A DNA stretch of 64,000 bases from Tubiluchus corallicola (taxonomy: Eukaryota; Animalia; Priapulida): NCBI GenBank assembly GCA_030141605.1, contig JAQGDQ010000430.1:1-64000 (forward strand). The letters are read 5' to 3'. The notes under the pieces were generated by a model. The model had not been told where the DNA came from and did no database searches. It saw only the letters and a program-made list of their open reading frames with translations. Shown in pieces: positions 14,967 to 34,540 of this stretch. Position 1 is the first letter of the stretch; each line of letters starts with the position of its first letter. The position numbers and the translations under genes were made by a program.

Positions 14967-16055
14967 ATGGCTAACTCATGGAGGAAGAAGAAAAAATCGA
15001 TAATATCATTGCTATTGTTTCTTATTTTCATTTTACTTTCATGTATTGAAATTGCTAGATATCGCCTGCACAAAAATCAGGATGAATTTTTAAATATTAT
15101 AGAAAAAACTGTGGAAGGGCAGCGATTTTTCGGTGTGATAAAAGAAGCTGAAAGAGATCGAAATAAAATGGGCGAATATACTAAGAAAATGTCTGCAATT
15201 TTTGATGTGGTTGATTACGTCAAGAATACTGGTAAAATTTTGCATGTCACCATGATCAATGAAGCATATCTTCAACTAACACACAATTGGTTATGTAACA
15301 CTGAAATTCTCAATATCCATAATCAACTACTATTTATTGCCACAGATGGCGCCACGTACGAATCACTACAGAAACGATGGCCTCATATAAAAGTGTTTTC
15401 CTTAGATACGCTGAACAAGCTTAATGAAAATTATTTATATGACACATGGAAGTACAAATACTACTTGTTACTCCGGGTGAGATTTTTGCTGCACTTACTG
15501 CGAAACAATATTCCTTTTGTGCTTTTTGAAACTGACAGTTTGTGGTTAAGAAATCCCAATGAACTTTTGGGAAACTACAGCAATTATGATATCATTGGAG
15601 CACAAAAGGGAGGAAACTTAAAACAAGGAAACTATTCAGTCAATTACATGTTTGTTAACTCTACCAAACAGGGTGCAGAAATTTGGAGTGAAATGGTAAA
15701 ACGTTTGAAAGAGGGCATTCACGTGACCTATGAACAAGATTTAATGGACCATTTGTGTAAACACAAGTTTGCTTCAGCCAAATGTGCACTGTTTCCTTAC
15801 AAATACGTCAGCGATGGTATCTGGTACAGAATGACTCCTAGCGAAAGGCAAACTCTGGTCCCCAATCCTTATATAATAAATAACAACTACATAGTGGGCA
15901 TAAACAACAAAATTGCCAGAGCTAAGAAATTAGGTCATTGGTTTATGGATGAATTTACCACTTGCAATGTACCTCAGGTTAGTCATGTCTTGAACACTGG
16001 TGGAAGCTCTTCATTGATTTGTCCTTATGGAACAAAGTGTAAGCCATCCGTCTGA
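14967..16055 (+). CDS. Single-coding-exon nucleotide-diphospho-sugar transferase (GT77 / Nucleotid_trans-like), type II membrane protein
   Basis: 362-aa intact ORF with a basic N-tail plus TM, VTMINEAYLQLTHNWLCN, LLFIATD, FVLFETDSLWLRNP (DxD equivalent is ETD), YEQDLM and INNNYIVGINNKIARAKKLGHWF motifs. Confidence 0.87.
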   Translation: MANSWRKKKKSIISLLLFLIFILLSCIEIARYRLHKNQDEFLNIIEKTVEGQRFFGVIKEAERDRNKMGEYTKKMSAIFDVVDYVKNTGKILHVTMINEAYLQLTHNWLCNTEILNIHNQLLFIATDGATYESLQKRWPHIKVFSLDTLNKLNENYLYDTWKYKYYLLLRVRFLLHLLRNNIPFVLFETDSLWLRNPNELLGNYSNYDIIGAQKGGNLKQGNYSVNYMFVNSTKQGAEIWSEMVKRLKEGIHVTYEQDLMDHLCKHKFASAKCALFPYKYVSDGIWYRMTPSERQTLVPNPYIINNNYIVGINNKIARAKKLGHWFMDEFTTCNVPQVSHVLNTGGSSSLICPYGTKCKPSV

Positions 16056-16639
16056 TCTCATGCCCAGAAAAACTGACACAGTTGAAGTGAATAAAGCTGA
16101 GCACAAGTTTGATGTCAATGATCACATTCAATTTCAGGCAGGTTTCCTGTAACCGCTGCACGAAAAACTGCGTGAAATGTATTCGTGGATATTATTTAAA
16201 CCTTGTACATCAAATTAACAGACATATAAACAAAAGAGTTTTCACATTCTTGTCATCAGAATGACATCCGCTTGACATAATCCTACAATATCAACGATTT
16301 TTATATAATTTTTTATTTAAAAAAAATCACAACGTTTTCTCTGCGCATTATCAGTCATCGTCAGGTAATAACGAAAGATTTAAAAAATAAAGGACAAACC
16401 CAAAACAGTTTGTTCTTGTGCTCATATCGTTTGTGTTTTCCTGTAATTATTGTTGCTATAGTTACTCATTGTTTTGTCATAAAGTTTTTGATTTGTTCTT
16501 AACGTAAAATAACTACCAATAAACGCTTCACTCACAACATCTACAAAAATGTTTTTGAATTAGCATCTTCCATTCGTTTAAATAAACTGCAAAAATAAAT
16601 AGCAGTACTGTAATAACTACAGTTTCAACAAAATTTAAG

Positions 16640-17158
16640 TTTCGATAAAAATAATTGCGGTTTCTGATGAATTAAAGTCTGTTTATGATAGTGATTATAG
16701 CTGCTTGCTAGTTATTGTTGTTTGTTGTGTGAGTGGCTGTGGCTCGTGAAGATCGCATGTGGAACAGCCACGATAGGCGTGGCAAACTATCAAGACTTTA
16801 TTTAGTAAACTACACATTCATTAAATATCACACAACACGGTAAACATAGGAGGATAGTAATGCCAGCCCTCCGTCTTCAAGTCAGCTCCTAATCTCCGGA
16901 GGTGCGGGCCTCAAAATCCTTTTGTCTAACTACCTAATGCGCCATGGGCTTCTGCGCATAAAGATTACATCATCAATCTTTACTTCTGTCTCAGCCGGTC
17001 GAACATCAGCTGATCATCACGTGATCTGCCACACCTAGCTGGGCTTCTAGCCAAGACGATAATTTGATATTACACCGTCAAGCATTTAATCTTGGGTTAT
17101 TGATTTAATCATTTAATCACTAGTTTACTCAAAATCACTATTTAAACAGCTTTTGCAT
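16640..17158 (-). mobile_element. Solo-LTR-like dispersed repeat, copy A (ends eroded)
   Basis: Aligns by eye over ~450 bp with 59461-59941 (same orientation) and 28606-29080 (inverted). Confidence 0.8.
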
Positions 17159-18433
17159 CTTAGTTTATTTCTGCTCTTGCAATAATGCCGAGAACTCGTG
17201 GAAAGTGGCATTTATGTAGCATCCAGATGCGTTTTGGGGGTGAGGAACAGAAAAAATCGGTTTATATTGTTTTGAATGCACCCGTTTATGCAGCCTGCGT
17301 ATGCGTTGTTCTTTTTCTTCAGCTCTTTCCTATTTCCGCAGGCTGTTCCGCTGGGGAAAACGCGTACGCATCCACATTCGGATGCTACATAAAGGCCACT
17401 TAGCGAGTGTAACAACATTGAGCTTCACGTGTTATTTCTCTCTGTGTAAAAAGCATGACAGCAGTAGCGCAATAAGTAACTTCTCGTAACAGTGTATGCA
17501 AAAACAAGACCCATTACAGAATTAAAGGCAATAAGTGTCATGAGGCTGATATCAGAATTAGCACTTTTGGCACCTCACCATACAGAAATAAAAGCAGTAA
17601 CTTTTCGTTTTTCCTGTAGACTAAATAAAAGTATCGTCATCAGATTTTTGGCCTGCCTTCCATTACAACACAAATTCAATGGATGTTTGGCTTCGTGAGA
17701 AACCTACTTGGTCCCTATTGTCAAGCTAACGAGGTAAAGGGCAGTATCTGTCGAGACAATAGCTTTTATCATTTTAATTTTACTTGTAAATGAATTGTTT
17801 GCTTTGCTGGTTTGGCAGAATAACAGTCAGTTATTATATAACGATGTTACGTGGAAAATTAATTCTTCATTAGTGGCATAATTTTGGGGGGCAACACTGC
17901 AAACTTTAATTACAAATTTCTCAAAAACGAGATTTTGTAGTCACTGGTCTTTACGACACGTTATTGCTCGTTACTGGCAGTAAAGCAAATAACAAAACTA
18001 ATCTCTAATGTTAACATGTGTTCCTGGTTCATTTTAAAGTGATTATATGCCCGAAGACAAGACTGCGATACTTGGATACGATGGCAGTTCGGGCTGACTG
18101 TTCTATTGAAGGGAAGGTCCGGGAGTCGTAGTTTCAGAACATATTCAGTTCAACAGATTTTATTCATTCATCCTATGAGAAATCAGTGTCAACTGATAGT
18201 TTACCAGAAATTATGCTGCAATGTATAATTAATGATTCCTTACCTGCTGACAAACGCAGGTTTGTTAAACGTATACTACGCTAAAGTTTGTGAGTATTTT
18301 TCAATGCAAAGTTGTGATGTGTTGATAATGTTTGATTGTCATATAAGCGTTTGCATACTAACCGTTTGTGACTACGATTAAGAATTTTTTAATCCTTGCA
18401 CATGTTATAAATTATACATGTATTTCGCTATGT

Positions 18434-18991
18434 GTAAAGGCCATATTACGTTGAAAACACCGGTTCTCGTCTGATCACCGAACGTTAAGCAACGTAGAGC
18501 GTGGTTAGTACTTGGATAGGTGACCGCCTAGGAATACCAGGTGCTGCAGGCTTGCGGGATGCCAACACTGTATCTCGACACTAAGTGGAGCTGCACAAGC
18601 AGCCAACAGCTAGAGGGCGGAGGAGGTCAAGTGACCCAACGGCCATGTGTAGAGGAGTAAACCTTCCAAATCAGGAGTGGAGCCACGAAGGCGGACCAGT
18701 GCAGCATGCTCACTGACTCCGGCAGCTCCTGCAGCCAACCTGGTGCCAAACATATCGCTCTGCTTTCCTTTGGACTACACCAGCAAGGAAGAGAGTGGGT
18801 ATCTTGTTGTCTGGGCAACTCAGGATCTCCATACACCTTGCTCAGGCGTGCGCCCTGGAGAGGATACTCCAGTGGTTGAAGGAACGGATTGCTCAGCCAC
18901 AGTCGACGCTGCAGCTCCATCAATGTGATCAGTAACTGACTCTCTTCGCGCACACTCCGTTGTCTTCCGAGACAGAAGGATGCCAGCAACA
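18434..18991 (+). mobile_element. 5S rRNA-derived SINE (SINE3 type) with RTE-like body and 12-bp TSD
   Basis: The head is 5S-like (GGCCATATTACGTTGAAAACACCGGTTCTCGTCTGATC...GGTTAGTACTTGGATAGGTGACCGCCTAGGAATACCAGGTGCTGCAGGCTT) with no oligo-T terminator. A GC-richer ~440-bp body follows, ending CAGCAACA. ATTTCGCTATGT flanks both sides (18422-18433 and 18992-19003). Confidence 0.88.
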
Positions 18992-19396
18992 ATTTCGCTA
19001 TGTTATTAACCTCCCTATGTTTACCGCTAACGCACTACGAAAGACTCTATGGAAGAACTAAATCATTTCAGTATAGAATAGAAGAACAAAATACAGATTG
19101 CTGTCGTTGTAGTAATGCAACTCCTTAAACGCCAGAACACATTGTATTTCACTGTGGTTTAATGGATCCCCAATTCAGAATTAATTTAAAGCAATTTCTG
19201 CAAGATTTATTAAAAAGAGAAGAAGATGTGTGTCAGGCGTATTGTTAGAGATATTGTACAAAAAACTTGTAGTAAATTATTTTTTATTATATTTACAAAG
19301 TGACATGTACTGCTTTGAGATAAAGCCATTATCTAAATTATAGTGTATTATATGTATATATTTTAAATTTATTATTAACATGCGTTGTAATGCTGT

Positions 19397-19762
19397 TATG
19401 ATTATTTTACAGCTGGAAATTAGATTAATGTCAGCTATCGTCCAATTTCGTGTTTCATTTGCTGTAAAATGGTTATCTTTCTTGGTTGTCAAAACATTTA
19501 TATTTATGATCAATATTTTTATACTGATCATACTAATGAAAGTTGAGACTAGTATGTGTAAATATGTCACTACTAATAGAAACTACAAGATGGTTGCTAA
19601 TAATAACATGACGTTTGTTCTACACGACGAACATGACCAGCACTTGTATTCTCTCAGTGGTACAAAACTCTGAATGGCTTCATGGCGAGGTACCCACACT
19701 CAGCCATTCCTTAAAGGGATGCTCTCACTGTTAAGCAATATTCTCAATTTTACTTATACAAA
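19397..19762 (+). pseudogene. Truncated duplicate of the 5' part of the adjacent IR-like gene
   Basis: Near-copy of ~20397-20782 (MVANNNMTF.LHDEHDQHLYSLSGTKL) with CGA>TGA at 19671-19673; similarity stops near 19762. Confidence 0.85.
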
Positions 19763-20498
19763 AAAATTTCTTGTATACTTGTCGCAATTTTGGCATCCTA
19801 TTCATTCCCAGTTCTTGTGCTAAATCCTGTACATTTTAACAACAGTGGGACTAAGCCGAAGTAAGGAGAATAATCAGTCTGTTTAACAGACTCAACAATG
19901 TACTATGAACAAAACTAATAAGTACTTGCTCTATATTATGGCATCACAAGGTTAAAATGATGGAGCATTAATTTTATACAAGTACTGAAATGTATAGAAT
20001 CTCGAATCATCCAGTGAACAGTCTTTACTTAGCCTCCTCAATTCCCAATTGAGCAGTACAATAGCAGACTTTACAGATGCCAATCTATTTACGCCCTAAA
20101 CAAACATGCCAATTGTACAAAAAAACTATACATCATTATTCGCCAGGTATATACTTTAACCTGTCAGGTAAACTGAACTACAGTGAAAAGATGTCAAAGC
20201 AAATAGGCTAAGTATATTGATGCGATACTATTGCAGCTAATATAGTTTATGTTGCAAAGACAGAAATAAACATGTATTCGTCAAGCTGTCACGCTTTTTA
20301 CACTGAGAAAAATAACATGCGAAGCTCAATGTTGTTGCACTCGCTGCTCTCGACGTTGCTGCAAGATCAGAAATAAACCAGGATGCAAAAACTATTATGA
20401 TTATTTTACAGCTGGAAATTAGATTAATGTCAGCTATCGTCCAGTTTTGTGTTTCATTTGCTTTAAAGTAAAATTGTAACTTTCTTGGTTATTAAAAC

Positions 20499-22238
20499 AT
20501 GTGCAGCCATTACCTGAACCAACTTTTTATATTGATCTTACTAATGAATGTTAAGACAAGTGTGTGTAAGTGTGCCACAATCGCTGGAACTGCTAATAAA
20601 ATTTTCAAAATGGTTGCTAATAATAACATGACTTTTGCTCTACATGACGAACATGACCAGCACTTGTATTCTCTCAGTGGTACAAAACTCCGAATAGCTT
20701 CATGGCGAGGTACCGACGCTGAGCCACTCATTAAAGAGATGCTTTCACTGCTAAGCAATTTTCTCAATTTTACTTATACAAGAAACTTTTTCGAGGAACC
20801 ACCAGAAGAGATCCTGGGCAGTGGAGAGATAGATTTGCTGGCTGATATTGTCACTGTCGTGAGAGAGAGAATGGACTACATGACTGTCCTGGAACCCTTT
20901 GTTTATTCCTCTCAAGTTTTTGTCATTCCAAGAATTAATTATCAAGGTCTAAATCTGATGGAACCCTTCAGCAGAGCTATATGGTTGCTTCTGGCAGTCT
21001 ACAGTGCAATAGTAGCACTGACTTTGTGTGTCCTCGGCAACCATGAAAATAGACCATTTGGAGCTGAACAAACAAACGAAAGAAACAAACAAGGTGTGTT
21101 AGATTATGCTCGACAGACTTTCGCTTCATTTCTTCTACAAGGGTGGACGTATCAACCTCAAACAGTATCGTCGAAAATGATCGTCGCACCTTGGTGGTTT
21201 TTTGCAATTATTGTGACAGCAACTTACACTGGAATATTAGTAAGCACACTGTTCGTCAGTAACCAGGCATATCCGTTCCACTCCTTAGAGGAGTTAATTG
21301 AGAGTAATTTCGTGCCGGTGACTAAAGGAAACTTTGTCAACACTTTGATAATGAAAAATAGCCCACCTGATTCGCATTATGGAAAGTTATGGAAGAAAAT
21401 GGAATTAGATAACAGAGTACCAGCTGATTCGAATGACATGGCCCTAGAAATGACAACGAGTGGAAAATATACTTTCTTTGTTCCAGATCTTGACGTAAAC
21501 TTGATGATAGTGGACCACTACAAAGTGCACGGAAAATGCAGATTTTCATTTGCCCCCATCCCTAAGCCCATTAAGCTTAAGAATTCATTTGCTGTACCCA
21601 AAGGAAGTAAATATGAAGAAGCTTTGAATAGCGGAATAAGGACATTGATGGAGACAGGTTAGGTAGGCAGATTGCTGAAGGCGTTGTTAGAACCAATAGA
21701 ACCCTGTACTCCTGCTCAAAGTGTCGAAGCAACTGCTATAACCGTTAATCAGCTTAGTGTTGTACTCTGGGTTCTGGTGGCTGGAACAGCAATTGGAATT
21801 GTCATGTTCATCACTGAACAAATCTCAGCTAGGCACAAAATAAAAAGAAACGGTTACTTGGTCAATAAACAGGAACCAGACACATTTAACCACTTAACAT
21901 TACGCGACATCACCCACACTACATCCGCCACACCGTCCATACCATGTCACATCCACCACACCACCCATACCATGTCACATCCATCACACCATGTCACATC
22001 CGCCACACCAGTGTCACCACCCACACCATGTCACATACACCACACCAGTGTCACCACCCACGCCATGTCACTTACACCACACCAGTGTCACTACCCCCAC
22101 CACACTACACCACCCACACCATGCCACATCCACCGCACCCACACAACGGCCCCGTTGATAAATGTTGCTGCTGATGATGATGATGGCAACGATGACGATA
22201 ATGACAACAGCAGCAACAACAAAAAATCAGCCTGGTGA
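20499..22238 (+). CDS. Intronless divergent ionotropic glutamate receptor-family (IR-like) gene with one in-frame TAG at 21660-21662
   Basis: S1 (GEIDLLAD...VVRERMDYMTVLEPF), M1 (LMEPFSRAIWLL), pore (FASFLLQG), M3 (WWFFAIIVTATYTGILVSTL), S2 (SLEELI...LWKKM...FAVPKGS...LNSGIRTLMETG*). The same frame continues VGRLLK... into M4 (LSVVLWVLVAGTAIGIVMFITE). No N-terminal ATD. Confidence 0.85.
21905..22145 (+). repeat. CA-rich degenerate minisatellite (ACACCATGTCACATCCACC-like) inside the IR-like C-terminal tail
   Basis: Repeated CCATGTCACA and CACCAGTGTCACC units encode a His/Thr/Pro-rich tail. Confidence 0.75.
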
Positions 22239-23470
22239 AACCCTGCTAAAACACTTTGCACATAGTCAAATCTGCGTGAAATTACAAACGCTCAGAGTGA
22301 CATCTATTTATTAGCCGTCATAACAGATGCTGCACATGCACTAAGCTCCTACAATAACTACGCTTTTATTACAGGTTTTTACTTCAGACTAAACTAATGA
22401 AGAAGAATTACTAAAAGCCGTGACTGTGCACTTTTTACCAAACAATCAAGCACATGACCTTGGCTGTCCGTGAATGTCTGGTGGGAAGTTGTTAGCCAGC
22501 TAGACAAAGCACAACTTTTTGTCTAGTCACCTGTCTAAACAAGTTACATAATAGTGTTCTTGGTTTACTATTTCCGTTTAACACTTTGAGCCTGACAGAT
22601 TATGATTAATGAGCGTTCAAATATACCCGCCAGATACCCGGGATGAATTATAACACGTAAATATTTTTAAGCAAAATATAACATCAAAAAGTAAGAGTCA
22701 AAACTTTAAATAAACATGACAGTTGTTTAATTTCACAGCAATCTGAATCATACTTCCTTCGGGATAGCGGGATATTCCTTGTGCGTTATGAAACAGGATG
22801 TGATGACAGTTGACGAAACATTTGAGTCAACAACTGACGCTGATACCAACTTTACCAGAGTCATTTTTGTCTTTTGCTAATGATACTGCTACATTATGTC
22901 CCGATATCGCAAGGGAAATAAATTTTTGTATATGTTTAGAACATATATGAATGTAGAGTGTTGTTTGTGATTTATGGCATCTTGAAAGTGATCATGTGTA
23001 AAAGTTATTATGTGTAAATTGTAAAATAACGTTGCAAAAACCCACAAAACTTAAATTCAAACGGATATAAAAATATTTAATTATTTATTTAGCGAATGAG
23101 TAACAATTATTTGCTCGGAATTGTTTTCGTGTTGTTAATAAATAAAACAGTTTTACACTGATACCAGCTTTGATGGTTTTGTTTGTTTGTTTGTTTACAA
23201 ACATCCGGTAACAATGTTACATCGGATAGTCTCCTTAACTCGTTCAATAGTCATGGATCCAAGCCAGCGAGGTTTCATTACTGCATCTGTATAGCTGTTA
23301 CCGTGACATTAGTTTGTTATTGCCTATTTTATGTGCATTAATGAGAGAAAACGAAAAGAAAATGGCAGTTCAAGTACGAGGATTACCTACGGTTTTACTG
23401 TATATCAAATGACATCTTGAAAATCACTTTTTTGAACTAAAGCCATAAAGCCACGTTCACATTTGGAAAA

Positions 23471-32273
<8,803 letters not shown>

Positions 32274-32635
32274 AAGAATTGTAAATTTACATATTTGCAT
32301 AAACTATATTTATTCGAAGTTCTGTATTCTGTTTATTCGCTTAAAAAGCTATATTTATTCGGAGGTCTATTTTCTGTTTATTCGCTTAAAAAGCTATATT
32401 TTTTCAAAGGTATGGTTCACGAACCTGAAGGTGCCTGTTGCGCAAATCTGTTATTACAGGTAGCGCCATCTTGTGTCGCGAAAAAGGTTTTCTTGCCAGC
32501 TGTAAGAGTATTTTATTACGTTGCAGTAAACTTCGTGACTCATCATAAGTTGTTTTCTAATAAAAGACACAATTCGTAAATATTACTTCTTCTTTTCATG
32601 TGTTGTGCTCTTGTTGTTGTTTTTCCTTTTTTACT

Positions 32636-34181
32636 CAGTCCAAACGATCCTTCACAAGAATGACATTCAAAAGACTGAATTTCAAAAGACTGACATTTAA
32701 AAAATGACAATTAAATCAATGAACTCGGATCCATACGATCCGTTTTCACTGACAGTTACTTTGCGCATAAGTATTTGTAGAAGGGGTGTTGGTGTTCTCT
32801 AATCTCTTCATTTCTGAAATAACGTCAAAACAACTTGCATGAAAACTATCTTTGTTTTAAAATATGCTGCAAAGGGAAAGCAAAATCAAAGAAAAACTAA
32901 CTTCCGCAAAGAAATGAAACAGGAAGTTATTATCAAATATTTCGGCAATTAAAAACAGAAGCAATCGTGAATATACTTGGATAACACATGGGTATGTTCG
33001 ATTGCTTGACAAATTTTCACCTGTAAATAAGTAGAGGTAGTTAACATGCACCATTGGTGGCACAGAGTGTCAGGAAACGGCTGCTTAGATTGAAATGCTA
33101 ATAAATTATAGTAGGCGCCGTGTATGAAGCCAGTGATAATGACCGCCCTAAAATGGCCGTACATCAAACGCCGTCTGGCGGTCGCCGTTCGCCGGATGTC
33201 GAAAGATCTGATACGCGGTCGTCTGTGTAAAAGAGAGCATAGCAGTAATGACAGCCGTACAACCAAACATTTTGCCACCATTTAGTTTTAGTACTTGTGG
33301 ATAGTGGTTTAATGTTGAAAATTAGATCTATAGTTAGTTATTTAGGGATTATCTTGCTTTTAAGCTCAATTTTTGTGTCACTACAGCGTGAAGTAAGGCC
33401 TATATAGATATTACAGTTAAATTAAAAATTAGGTATGGACATTGTTTTAGCAATTTCCTTCCAAGCATGACATTTGGCATTGCGATATTCATATGCAGGA
33501 TCTGTATGGTCCCATGCTTCTGTTTTTAATTGCCGAAATGTTTGATGATAACTTCTTGTTTCATTTCTTTGCGGAAGTTATTTTTCCTTAGATTTTACTT
33601 TCCCTTTGCAACGCGTTGTAAAACAGAGGTCGCTTTCATGCAAGCTGCTTGTTCATCCATTTCTATAAACTTGAAAGTTGACTTTTGCTCTTGGCTAAAG
33701 CTGACATATTCATTCACCCCTCCGTACAATGATTAAACTGATTGTTTATATCAAAACCAGGCATCATAGCTGGTGCTTTGGCAGGCAGTTGTTGCAATAC
33801 AAGAACAAGTTTCTATACATTTCTCTGCACGTTAATGTATAAAACTTTCGCAGTATCACTCACAGAAATTTCTGCACCTATAAGATTTAATTTATGCAGG
33901 CGCTTTTCGTTAACAATTCCCTGTTTTTAGTGACACAGCGCCTTTACGCAGCAAGCTGTAGATGGGCTCCTTTAGCTGTAGATGGGCTCCTCTAGCTGAG
34001 TCACCAGCGTGCATTATTATTGGCTGTTCGTTCCGAGAATGAAGATCAAAAGTGACAAAAATCAAGACCGGCTTGAGATCGTCAAATTTGAATGACATTC
34101 GAACCGACGTTCACGCGGTCTTTCAACACTGAGAGACTTGAGAATGACAGTGTTTTGAATCATGAATGACCGTGTGGGCTG
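32636..34181. mobile_element. Foldback-like element with outer imperfect TIRs and ~130-bp inner inverted arms
   Basis: Outer CAGTCCAAACGATCCTTCA vs revcomp CAGCCCACACGGTCATTCA (15/19). Inner ~32830-32963 is the inverted copy of ~33516-33647. Confidence 0.65.
33127..33300. mobile_element. Partial copy of the Harbinger-like MITE at 52127-52722
   Basis: Matches the reverse complement of ~52552-52720 over ~170 bp. Confidence 0.75.
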
Positions 34182-34416
34182 TCTATTACTAATATGCTAT
34201 ATGCATCCCTAATTATTACTAGAAAAATACTACTGTAAATATGTATTTTGTTAAAAATGAAATTTTTATTTAGCTCGCATAGATTGCTTTCAAAATTTTC
34301 CCAAATAGACAAATTATAAGTGCTAAAAAATAGTTTCAATAACTTGCACTATCAAAAAATCACTGTCATCTTATAAAATATTTTGAGTTTTATAAACTTG
34401 AGTAGCAAAAAGATTT

Positions 34417-34540
<124 letters not shown>

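Noticed and set aside
18434-18553. Functional 5S rRNA gene
   Set aside because: Altered 5' end, no oligo-T terminator, fused to a body and flanked by a TSD, so it is a retroposed SINE head.
21658-21670. GT...AG micro-intron removing the IR stop codon
   Set aside because: It is only 13 nt and its removal would shift the frame.
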